Assembly (NCBI GenBank): GCA_964393305.1
Contig: CAYMTG010000001.1
Span: 1-33,260 of the forward strand
Source: an uncultured Ruminococcus sp.
Lineage (GTDB): Bacteria > Bacillota > Clostridia > Oscillospirales > Ruminococcaceae
DNA: 33,260 nt
Reading direction: 5' to 3'
Shown: positions 18,378 through 26,796 of the stretch, in pieces
Numbering within the stretch: position 1 is the first letter of the stretch
Layout of the letters: every line of letters begins with the position of its first letter
Position numbers and translations under genes: made by a program
Notes under the pieces: model-generated
What the model saw: only the letters and a program-made list of their open reading frames with translations
What the model was told of the DNA's origin: nothing
The model's database searches: none

Positions 18378-19580
18378 ATGGCAAAAGACGAGAACGTTGA
18401 GTTCAGTTCGTATGAAATTGACGCGGTCGGAGAAATACTGAATATAAGTATGGGTTCGGCTGCAACGGCGGTTTCCGAATTGCTCAATGCAAAGGTTTGG
18501 ATTACCACCCCGCAGGTCAATGTTGTTCAGGTTAAGGACTTGAATTATGATAATCTGGAGCCTGCAATCTGCGTTAAAATAGTATATGTTGAAGGCATTA
18601 CCGGTCTGAACATGATGGTTTTAAAGCAGAACGATGTTCAGCTTATTCTTAATCAGCTGCTTGGAAATCCGTTGGTAATTGACCCTGATTTCCAGTTTGA
18701 TGAGTTGAATATCAGTGCGGTAAGCGAGATTATGAACCAGATGATGGGTGCTTCCGCAACTGCGCTTTCGGATTTGCTTGGCACAAAGGTGGATATTTCC
18801 GTGCCGACGCCTTACATAATAGAGAATGCTAAGTTTGGCGATTTGTGCGAGATGGATGCCGATGAAACGATAGTTTCCGTTACATTTAAGCTTCAGGTCG
18901 ATGGAGTAATGGAGTCCGAGTTTATGTCGGTACTGTCGCTCTCGCTTGCTAAAACGCTTTCCGGCAAGATGATAGAAAAGTTCGATGAACCCGATGCCGA
19001 AGCTGATACCGCGTCCGCACACGCACCTGCTTCCGCACCCGCTCCCGCACCTGCCGCAGCTCCGGCATCAAACGGATACGCGGCGCCGTCCGGCGCAGCG
19101 CCTCAGCAGGCAGCGATGCCGCAGATGCAAATGCCAATGGGCGAGATGCCCCAGCAGCAAATGTACCAGATGCCGCCGCAGGGCGCGATGTATGGATACC
19201 CGAGCCAGTATACGGCATATGGCGCGTATCCGCCGCCTCCTCCGCCGCCTGTTAATGTCCAGAATGCTCAGCTTCATCAGTTTGACGCTATGGATTTCGG
19301 AATTCCTGCCGACCAAAAGGACAATTTAAAGCTCCTTATGGGTGTACCGCTTGAAATTTCTGTTGAGATTGGTACCGCAAAGCGAAAAGTCAAGGATATA
19401 CTTGAGTTTACTCAAGGGACAGTTATTGAACTTGAACGTCAAGCGGGTGCGCCTGTTGATGTTGTGGTAAATGGAAATCTTATTGCTCGCGGTGATGTCG
19501 TTGTAATTGACGATAACTTCGCTGTCAGAATTACCGAAATTGTCAAGTCAAAGTTTATTGACAGTCTTGGCAAGGAATAA
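18378..19580 (+). CDS. fliY: Flagellar motor switch phosphatase FliY (CheC-like domain fused to FliN domain)
   Basis: Two ExxN phosphatase motifs (EILN, EIMN) and a C-terminal FliN/SpoA domain (VPLEISVEIG...ARGDVVVIDDNFAVRITEI). Confidence 0.93.
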   Translation: MAKDENVEFSSYEIDAVGEILNISMGSAATAVSELLNAKVWITTPQVNVVQVKDLNYDNLEPAICVKIVYVEGITGLNMMVLKQNDVQLILNQLLGNPLVIDPDFQFDELNISAVSEIMNQMMGASATALSDLLGTKVDISVPTPYIIENAKFGDLCEMDADETIVSVTFKLQVDGVMESEFMSVLSLSLAKTLSGKMIEKFDEPDAEADTASAHAPASAPAPAPAAAPASNGYAAPSGAAPQQAAMPQMQMPMGEMPQQQMYQMPPQGAMYGYPSQYTAYGAYPPPPPPPVNVQNAQLHQFDAMDFGIPADQKDNLKLLMGVPLEISVEIGTAKRKVKDILEFTQGTVIELERQAGAPVDVVVNGNLIARGDVVVIDDNFAVRITEIVKSKFIDSLGKE

Positions 19581-19616
19581 AATATATCTGAAACTATTTC
19601 ATCAAGGAGAGAAATT

Positions 19617-19979
19617 ATGGATAAGAAGATTTTACTGGTAGACGACGCTGCTTTCATGAGAATGCTTATTAAGGATACTCTCACAAAGAATGGCTACACA
19701 AACATTCTTGAGGCTGCTGACGGAGCGATTGCCTGCGACGTATACGCGGCTGAGAAGCCCGACTTGGTTATTATGGACATCACGATGCCTAATAAGACCG
19801 GTATAGACGCACTCAAGGAAATCAAGGCCGGAGATCCAATGGCTAAGGTCGTAATGTGTTCCGCTATGGGTCAGGAGGCAATGGTTGTTGAGGCAATCAA
19901 GCTTGGCGCACTTGACTTCATTGTAAAGCCTTTTAAGGCAGACAGAATTCTTCAGACTGTTAAAAAGGTTCTCGGCTAA
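19617..19979 (+). CDS. cheY: Chemotaxis response regulator CheY
   Basis: Single receiver domain with VDDAAFMR, MDITMP, CSAMGQ and KPF; follows fliY as in Firmicute fla/che operons. Confidence 0.94.
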   Translation: MDKKILLVDDAAFMRMLIKDTLTKNGYTNILEAADGAIACDVYAAEKPDLVIMDITMPNKTGIDALKEIKAGDPMAKVVMCSAMGQEAMVVEAIKLGALDFIVKPFKADRILQTVKKVLG

Positions 19980-19998
19980 TTAATTCTGTATATCAAAC

Positions 19999-20023
19999 AG
20001 GCGGGGAACTATTCCCGCCTTTT
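19999..20023 (+). terminator. Intrinsic terminator after cheY
   Basis: AGGCGGGGA-ACTA-TTCCCGCCT followed by TTTAGTTGTT. Confidence 0.7.
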
Positions 20024-20129
20024 AGTTGTTAAATAGGACGATTTTCGGAGAGGTTCCCGATTGCGGACAAGCTGAAAATATTTGTACTGTCCCGCAGCAA
20101 CTTGTTGTCGGACGGGTTTTGCGATATGT

Positions 20130-20226
20130 AATACTAATTCATAATCTTTCTGTAGACATTCTGTCTACAGAAAGAGCCGCGTTTCACGCGGCAGTCAAAG
20201 CCTTCGACTTTGACTGAATTAGTATT
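20130..20226. repeat. Palindromic element A: 12-bp terminal inverted repeat enclosing three hairpins (MITE/REP-like or structured RNA)
   Basis: AATACTAATTCA/TGAATTAGTATT encloses 14-bp, 7-bp and 8-bp stems, each with TTC at the apex. Confidence 0.75.
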
Positions 20227-20237
20227 GACGGCTTTTT

Positions 20238-20307
20238 CGGCGGCTCCGCCGCCACCGCCGTGCTTTGCACGGCGGCATCAAGCAATAGACTTTGTCTACT
20301 GCTTGAT
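20238..20307. repeat. Palindromic element B: three adjacent hairpins (REP-like)
   Basis: CGGCG-GCTC-CGCCG; CCGCCGTGC-TTT-GCACGGCGG; ATCAAGCAATAGAC-TTT-GTCTACTGCTTGAT (one mismatch). Confidence 0.7.
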
Positions 20308-20334
20308 TGTAAAATGGTATAAGGGTGATTTAAT

Positions 20335-20664
20335 GTGGAATATTTTCAGATGATAATGGCGCTTGTCGGCGTACTCGCTTTGGTGTTTATACTTTTTTTC
20401 GTTATGAAGAAGCTGAATACGAGGGTAACGTTATCCGACAGCAGGAATATGAAGATTCTGGAGAGGATAAACTTAGGTCCCGACAAAATGCTGCTGTTGG
20501 TGAGCGTCTGCGGGAAATGTATGGTTTTGGGCGTTACCACTAACCATACCGAGAAAATCTGTGATCTGGAACAGACTGAAGAAGAGCTTGTGGCAAAGAT
20601 GGGTGAAAATCCTTCCTTTAAGGAGAGCTTTAAGACCATCCTTAACAATATGAAGAAGAAGTAA
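20335..20664 (+). CDS. fliO: Flagellar biosynthesis protein FliO/FliZ
   Basis: N-terminal TM followed by MKILERINLGPDKMLLLVSV.GK.MVLGVT; directly before fliP. Confidence 0.87.
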   Translation: MEYFQMIMALVGVLALVFILFFVMKKLNTRVTLSDSRNMKILERINLGPDKMLLLVSVCGKCMVLGVTTNHTEKICDLEQTEEELVAKMGENPSFKESFKTILNNMKKK

Positions 20665-20677
20665 TGGAGGTACCGAA

Positions 20678-21649
20678 TTGCTGAAGCGTTTGTTTGAGAC
20701 GGACAAGAAGCTTGTGATGAAGTTCGCCGTTTCTCTTTCTTTGACGATAGTGCTGGCTGTCGTGCTGTGCATCGCATTATCGAGTATTAGCGCGTATACG
20801 CAGGCGTCTGCGGCGACAGTTTCCACACAAACGACTACGACAACAACCGGCGTAACAGGCGGCGATGGCGATGAAGCCGACGGTGGGGATGATGGCAGCG
20901 GCGAGGGTGAGTACCGGCCTGGCGATTATCTGGATACGCCCGGAATTACTACCGACGATGACGTTGGCTCATCGGTGCTGCAGGAACTGATCGGTGTTGA
21001 TGCGTCGCAGCCGTTGGAAGTTATAGTGCTGTTGACGATAATAGCACTTATTCCTACACTGCTTATGATGATGACGAGCTTTACTCGAATTGTCATAGTA
21101 ATCGGATTTCTGCGCAGTGCGCTGCAGTCGCAGAATACGCCTCCCAATATGGTTATCACGGGACTTGCGTTGATTTTGACTGCGTTTATTATGGCGCCTG
21201 TGTTTGTGGAAATAAACGAGGAAGCATATCAACCGTACATAAATGATGAAATTGATATGGAAGAAGCGCTTGAGCGCTCAATTGTGCCTCTCAAGACGTT
21301 TATGCTCAAGCAGGTCACGGACAACGACTTGCAGTTCTTTGTTGATTTGTCGAAAACGGAAATCCCCGAGGGCGGAATGACCGACGAGTACAAGGAGACA
21401 AAGCTGCCGCTCACCGTAATAATCCCGACGTTTGTAATCAGCGAGCTGAAACGTGCTTTTCAGATGGGATTTCTGATATATCTACCGTTCTTGATCATTG
21501 ATATGGTCGTAGGCAGTACGCTTATGTCGATGGGTATGATGATGCTGCCGCCGGCGATGATCTCAATGCCGTTCAAGATACTGGTATTTGTGCTGGCGGA
21601 CGGTTGGAACTTGCTTATCGATGCGCTTGTGACAAGCTACAATTTGTAG
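20678..21649 (+). CDS. fliP: Flagellar export gate protein FliP with extended N-terminus
   Basis: MTSFTRIVIV, QNTPPN, SELKRAFQMGF, MGMMMLPP and KILVFVLADGW motifs. Confidence 0.96.
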   Translation: MLKRLFETDKKLVMKFAVSLSLTIVLAVVLCIALSSISAYTQASAATVSTQTTTTTTGVTGGDGDEADGGDDGSGEGEYRPGDYLDTPGITTDDDVGSSVLQELIGVDASQPLEVIVLLTIIALIPTLLMMMTSFTRIVIVIGFLRSALQSQNTPPNMVITGLALILTAFIMAPVFVEINEEAYQPYINDEIDMEEALERSIVPLKTFMLKQVTDNDLQFFVDLSKTEIPEGGMTDEYKETKLPLTVIIPTFVISELKRAFQMGFLIYLPFLIIDMVVGSTLMSMGMMMLPPAMISMPFKILVFVLADGWNLLIDALVTSYNL

Positions 21650-21678
21650 CTGGGCTTGGGTTATATTAAGGAGTAGTT

Positions 21679-21951
21679 ATGACACAAGATGAAGTAATGG
21701 AGGTCATGCAGGCGGTTTTAATGCTTTCATTTAAACTGGCTTTACCTGTACTTCTCGTCGCGATGATCGTCGGACTGATTATTGCCATATTGCAGGCGGC
21801 GACTCAGGTTCACGAGCAGACGCTCAGCTTTGCTCCGAAAGCGATTGCGATTGGATTGGTGCTGTTTTTTCTTGCTCCGTGGATGACGAATGAGATGATT
21901 GATTTCTTTGATTTCATTTTTGAGAAAATGGCGTCAACTCCGCTGGCATAG
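21679..21951 (+). CDS. fliQ: Flagellar export gate protein FliQ
   Basis: QAATQVHEQTLSFAPK motif; 90 aa. Confidence 0.96.
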   Translation: MTQDEVMEVMQAVLMLSFKLALPVLLVAMIVGLIIAILQAATQVHEQTLSFAPKAIAIGLVLFFLAPWMTNEMIDFFDFIFEKMASTPLA

Positions 21952-21962
21952 GGGAATGTAAC

Positions 21963-22769
21963 GTGTCTGAGATCTGGTCGATAATTCAAACAAACTTTCT
22001 TGTTCTGATAATGGTTCTTGCAAGAGTGACGGGAATTTTCAGTTTTAACCCCATATTCTCCAGAACAGGCGTTCCCAATACAGTAAAGGCGGGTGCTTCA
22101 TTCGTTCTGGCGTTAATGATGACCATTGCGGGGGATTATAGCTATTATGTAGTTCCCGAGGGATTGCTGCCGTTTGTTTTTGATTTTGCGAAGGAGCTGC
22201 TGGTTGGCGCTATACTGGGACTGTTCACGAATTTGATGATCCAGGCATTTGGCTTGGCGGGCGAAATCACCGATATGCAAATCGGCTTATCGATGGGAAA
22301 GGCTTATGACCCGACCTATGGTAATGCAGGTATTACAACGCAGTTTTACAGCCACTGGTATTTTCTGTATTTCTTTGCTGTGGGCGCTCACAAGAGCTAT
22401 ATACGGCTTTTCGCAGCCTCATATGAGCATATCCCGCTTGGTTACACGACGTTTAACCTCAATATGCTGTATGTGCTGCCGAGGTTTTTCCAATCGGTAC
22501 TGGAGCTTGGCTTGAAGCTTTCGATGCCGATTATAATATCAGAGCTTGTAACAGAGTTTTGTATTGGCGTGCTGATGAAAGCAGTTCCCACAATTCACGT
22601 GTTTGTGTTGAATATCCAACTGAAGATGCTGGTGGGATTTGTAGTGCTTGCGGCGAGCTGCGGTGTTGTTGGCGAATTTATTGATATGCTGACAGCGGTG
22701 CTTTTTGATAATTTAGAGGGTCTTGTGGAGAATTTTACCAATCCCGTGGCGTTGTCACTGCTGCGTTAG
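21963..22769 (+). CDS. fliR: Flagellar export gate protein FliR
   Basis: ARVTG....PIFS, AGEITDMQIGLS....YDP and KAVPTIHVF motifs; hydrophobic. Confidence 0.93.
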   Translation: MSEIWSIIQTNFLVLIMVLARVTGIFSFNPIFSRTGVPNTVKAGASFVLALMMTIAGDYSYYVVPEGLLPFVFDFAKELLVGAILGLFTNLMIQAFGLAGEITDMQIGLSMGKAYDPTYGNAGITTQFYSHWYFLYFFAVGAHKSYIRLFAASYEHIPLGYTTFNLNMLYVLPRFFQSVLELGLKLSMPIIISELVTEFCIGVLMKAVPTIHVFVLNIQLKMLVGFVVLAASCGVVGEFIDMLTAVLFDNLEGLVENFTNPVALSLLR

Positions 22770-22820
22770 GTTTTAGAATAAAGCGATTGGCTTTCGGTGA
22801 TCGATTCAAAGGAGTAAACA

Positions 22821-23885
22821 ATGGCAGGAGAAGAAAAAACCGAAAAAGCCACGACCAAAAAGCGGGATGACGCTCGTAAAGAGGGTAACGTCCTACAATC
22901 AAAAGAGATAGGTACCGCAGCTTCCGTACTCGGTATATTCGCGTTTGTGCGGATAATGGCTGAGTTTATAATGAAGAATTTGCTGTCGTACTTCCAGCGC
23001 TCCTTTGAGGATTTGGGTACGTACGAGGTTAATTCCGAGACGATTATGCCGCTGTTTATAAGTGCGATAACGGTATTTGTCTGCGTAGTGGGTCCGATTA
23101 TGGCGGCGGCGCTGGTGCTGGGGATCATTCCTACGGTAGCGCAGACAAAGGGACTGTTCTCGATGAAGTCGCTCAAGCCTAAGTTTTCTAATCTTAATCC
23201 CTTGTCGGGGATTAAGAAGCTGTTCTCGATGCAGGCTGTTGTTGGAATATTGAAGGGACTTATCGAGGTTATAGTGATCGGTGTGATGATCTATAACGAA
23301 ATAGCGGACAGACTTCCCACCATAATCGCAATGACAAACGCGGGCATTATGCAGGGTCTGGCTTATGCCGGACTCGCAATCTACGATGTGGTAATGCTGA
23401 TTTGCGTCCTGCTGGTGTTTGTGGCGGCGGGCGACTACCTCTTTCAGTGGTGGAGCTACGAGAAAAAGCTTAAAATGTCCAAGCAGGAAGTTAAGGACGA
23501 ATACAAGCAGACCGAGGGAGATCCTCAGATAAAGAGCAAGATAAAGCAGCGTCAGAGGGAAATGGCGGCAAGGCGTATGATGCAGGATGTCCCGGGCGCG
23601 GATGTTGTTGTGCGTAACCCTACGCATTACGCAGTCGCTCTGAAATATGATCAGGATAAGAACAAAGCCCCTGTTGTGGTGGCAAAGGGAACGGATTACC
23701 TTGCAAGGAGGATAGTCCGTATTGCGGAGGAAAACGACGTGTACTGTATGGAAAATCCTCCGCTTGCAAGAGCGCTTTACGCGCAGGTTGACCTTGGACG
23801 CGAGATACCGTACGAGCTGTATGACGCGGTAGCTGAAGTCCTCACGGTCGTTTATAAGGAGAAGAACAAGGTTCTTCGCGCATAA
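22821..23885 (+). CDS. flhB: Flagellar export switch protein FlhB
   Basis: EKTEKAT N-terminus, EGDPQIK, NPTH autocleavage site and APVVVAKG. Confidence 0.97.
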   Translation: MAGEEKTEKATTKKRDDARKEGNVLQSKEIGTAASVLGIFAFVRIMAEFIMKNLLSYFQRSFEDLGTYEVNSETIMPLFISAITVFVCVVGPIMAAALVLGIIPTVAQTKGLFSMKSLKPKFSNLNPLSGIKKLFSMQAVVGILKGLIEVIVIGVMIYNEIADRLPTIIAMTNAGIMQGLAYAGLAIYDVVMLICVLLVFVAAGDYLFQWWSYEKKLKMSKQEVKDEYKQTEGDPQIKSKIKQRQREMAARRMMQDVPGADVVVRNPTHYAVALKYDQDKNKAPVVVAKGTDYLARRIVRIAEENDVYCMENPPLARALYAQVDLGREIPYELYDAVAEVLTVVYKEKNKVLRA

Positions 23886-23918
23886 TTTTGATTTTTCGGA
23901 AAGGTGGTGAGTAATACT

Positions 23919-26009
23919 GTGGGAATGGTACGGAAAATATTGAGCAACTCACTGGTGTTGTTCGTCATCTTTGTAGTATTGGCGATTATCATCCCGCTTC
24001 CTGCGTGGCTGCTGGATTTTATGATTATGCTGAATCTCGCGCTTTCGCTTATTATTCTGGTAATGACGATGTTCATAAAGGACGCGCTGGAGTTCTCGGT
24101 ATTCCCGACGGTGTTACTTATTTCGACGGTTCTGCGACTATCGCTGAACATTTCCACGACCAGAGGTATTCTTTCAAACGGATACGCCGGTGAGGTCATT
24201 GAGGCATTCGGCAGCTTTGTAATGGGCGGCGACGCAATCGTCGGCTTCCTGATATTCATAATCATAGTTTTGGTAAACTTCATTGTCATTACCAAGGGTT
24301 CGGAACGTGTATCCGAGGTTGCCGCAAGATTTACGCTCGACGCGATGCCCGGTAAGCAGATGGCGATCGACGCGGATCTGAATTCCGGTATTATCAACGA
24401 GGACGAGGCAAAGCGCAGACGTAATAATATCCAGCGTGAAGCGGATTTTTACGGCTCCATGGACGGTGCTACGAAATTTGTCAAGGGCGATGCGATCATG
24501 TCGATCATTACAACGCTCGTCAACCTTATCGGCGGCGTTATTATCGGTATGGTGCGCGACGGCGGTACGTTCACGGACATCCTGAACAAGTATTCTTTGG
24601 CGACAGTCGGCGACGGTCTGTGCTCGCAGATCCCCGCGCTGCTGATTTCCGTAGCGACCGGTATGATCGTTACCCGTGCGGCGAGCGACGACAGCCTTAT
24701 GAGCGATCTGAAGTCGCAGTTTACCGCGCAGCCGTTCGTTCTGCTGATTGCGGGAATTGTGGTTCTTGTAATGATGCTGATACCCGGATTTCCGTGGTAT
24801 GTAATGCTCGTTCTGGGCGTTATGCTGATAGTGGGCGCGATCCTTCTTGAGAGAAACAAGAAGAAGATGGCGGAGCTGGAGCTTGCGCAGCGTATGAAAG
24901 CCGAGCAGGCGGAGCTTGACAAGCCTAAGACGGATAACGACTACTACCGCGATATCGACAACGTGTTCAAGCTGCTGAATGTGGAGCCGATCGAGATGGA
25001 ATTCGGCTATAGTCTGCTGCGGCTTGTCGATGAGAAGAGCGGTGGTAACTTTATTGACCGCGTGGTAATTTTCCGCAAGCAGTTTGCTATGGATATGGGT
25101 ATGGTAATCCCCTCCGTGCGAATGACGGATAACCCCGAGATCAACCCGAACCTTTACATTATCAAGATAAAGGGCGAGGAGGTAGCGAGGGGCGAAATTC
25201 TCGTAGACCATTATCTGGCACTGGACAGCGGCGATGTCACCACCGATATCGAGGGCATAGACACGGTAGAACCCGCGTTCGGACTGCCCGCAAAGTGGAT
25301 CTCCGAGGACAAAAAGATTATGGCGGACGTGGCGGGATATACGCTGATTGACCCCGTTTCCGTTATGATCACCCACTGGAGCGAGGTTATGAAGCGCTAC
25401 GCGCATGAGATGCTTTCCCGTCAGGACGTTAACACAATGGTGGAGAATATCAAGAAGGTTAATCCGATCGTTGTGGATGACCTTATCCCGAAGGTTATCT
25501 CGATTGGATATCTGCAGAAGATCCTCGCTAATCTCCTTAAAGAGGGTATCCCGATACGCGATTTGGAGACAATTCTTGAGACGTTGGGAGACCATACGAA
25601 CGTTCTTAAGGATGTGGATATTGCGACGGAATATGTGCGTCAGTCGCTGAAGCGTACAATCACGCACCGCTTTGCGGAGGCCAATTCGCTTCGCGTGATC
25701 ACTCTCGATACGCAAATTGAGGATATGATAGTAAGCTCCGTCAAGAAGAATGAGCAGGGCAGTTATCTTGCGATGGCTCCCGATATGATCCAGCGTATCG
25801 TCAATGCAACCAACGAGGAGATAGACAAGATCAAGGATGTTATTCCCACGGTAATTATACTGACGTCGCCTGTGGTAAGAATTTACTTCAAAAAGCTTAC
25901 CGAGCAGTTTATCTCGAATATTACGGTATTGTCGTACAGCGAGATTGACGCCTCGGCGCAAATTCAGGCGATCGGCAATATCTCATTGTCAACGAGGGCA
26001 ACGGCGTAA
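23919..26009 (+). CDS. flhA: Flagellar export apparatus protein FlhA
   Basis: RVSEVAARFTLDAMPGKQMAIDADL and FYGSMDGATKFVKGDA (FHIPEP). Start is uncertain (GTG 23904, GTG 23919 or ATG 23925); 23919 fits the GGTGGTGA RBS best. Confidence 0.96.
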   Translation: MGMVRKILSNSLVLFVIFVVLAIIIPLPAWLLDFMIMLNLALSLIILVMTMFIKDALEFSVFPTVLLISTVLRLSLNISTTRGILSNGYAGEVIEAFGSFVMGGDAIVGFLIFIIIVLVNFIVITKGSERVSEVAARFTLDAMPGKQMAIDADLNSGIINEDEAKRRRNNIQREADFYGSMDGATKFVKGDAIMSIITTLVNLIGGVIIGMVRDGGTFTDILNKYSLATVGDGLCSQIPALLISVATGMIVTRAASDDSLMSDLKSQFTAQPFVLLIAGIVVLVMMLIPGFPWYVMLVLGVMLIVGAILLERNKKKMAELELAQRMKAEQAELDKPKTDNDYYRDIDNVFKLLNVEPIEMEFGYSLLRLVDEKSGGNFIDRVVIFRKQFAMDMGMVIPSVRMTDNPEINPNLYIIKIKGEEVARGEILVDHYLALDSGDVTTDIEGIDTVEPAFGLPAKWISEDKKIMADVAGYTLIDPVSVMITHWSEVMKRYAHEMLSRQDVNTMVENIKKVNPIVVDDLIPKVISIGYLQKILANLLKEGIPIRDLETILETLGDHTNVLKDVDIATEYVRQSLKRTITHRFAEANSLRVITLDTQIEDMIVSSVKKNEQGSYLAMAPDMIQRIVNATNEEIDKIKDVIPTVIILTSPVVRIYFKKLTEQFISNITVLSYSEIDASAQIQAIGNISLSTRATA

Positions 26010-26040
26010 TACAGCGGATTACAATATGGGGGTGTAAATC

Positions 26041-26796
26041 GTGGATTCTGAATTCAACAACACAGAGCAGGTTGTGCTGTATCAGAAGAACGGCGATATT
26101 GCGCTCAGAAATGATATTGTACTGAAGAATATGGGCTTGGTGCGGTCATGCGCGATGTCTATGCGGAATATGTACATCAAGTTCAGCGAGCCGGACGATG
26201 TGATAAACGAGGGCGTGATCGCCCTGATGGACGCTATCGAGAGCTATGACGCCGCCAAGGGCGCAAAGTTTGAGACGTACGCCGCCATAAAAATAAAGGG
26301 CGCGATCATTGATTATATCAGGAAACAGGATTGGGTTCCCCGAAATATCAGAAAATTTGCCAAACAGCTTGACAAAGCGAACAGCTTGTTGTATAATTTA
26401 AATGGGAGGATGCCCACAAATGAGGAACTGGCAAATCATCTCGGCATATCCGAAGAGCGTCTCCTGAAAAATATGGCGGATTGTTCGGGGACATTGGTTA
26501 TGTCGTTCGAGGAATTGCTGTACGAGGACAACATCGACGAGCCTGCTGCGGATAATAATCCTACAGACGGCGCGCTTCTCCACGACGAGATGCGTAAGGT
26601 GTTGGCGGATGCGATCGAGGAGCTTCGCGACAAGGAGCGGCAGGTCGTAATTTTGTATTACTATAAGAACATGAAGTATTCTGACATTGCAAAGGTACTC
26701 GGGGTGACCGAGGGGAGGGTGTGTCAGATCCACACAAAGGCGGTTTTGTTGTTAAAGACAAAGCTTACGCCTTACTTTAAGGGAGGAGAAGCATAA
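26041..26796 (+). CDS. fliA: Flagellar sigma factor (sigma-28, FliA/SigD)
   Basis: Region 2 EGVIALMDAIESYD...FETYA..KIKGAIIDYIRKQDWVPR and region 4 IAKVLGVTEGRVCQIH. Confidence 0.93.
   Translation: MDSEFNNTEQVVLYQKNGDIALRNDIVLKNMGLVRSCAMSMRNMYIKFSEPDDVINEGVIALMDAIESYDAAKGAKFETYAAIKIKGAIIDYIRKQDWVPRNIRKFAKQLDKANSLLYNLNGRMPTNEELANHLGISEERLLKNMADCSGTLVMSFEELLYEDNIDEPAADNNPTDGALLHDEMRKVLADAIEELRDKERQVVILYYYKNMKYSDIAKVLGVTEGRVCQIHTKAVLLLKTKLTPYFKGGEA

Noticed and set aside
20130-20307. Interpretation of the hairpin arrays as a tRNA or CRISPR array
   Set aside because: There are no D/T-loop consensus sequences, anticodon-sized loop or CCA end, and no direct repeats with spacers or cas genes.
24174-25961. 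595-aa minus-strand ORF, and similar ones opposite fliI, motB, fliM and flhB
   Set aside because: They lie antisense to well-conserved flagellar genes, and their composition is typical of reverse-frame artefacts.
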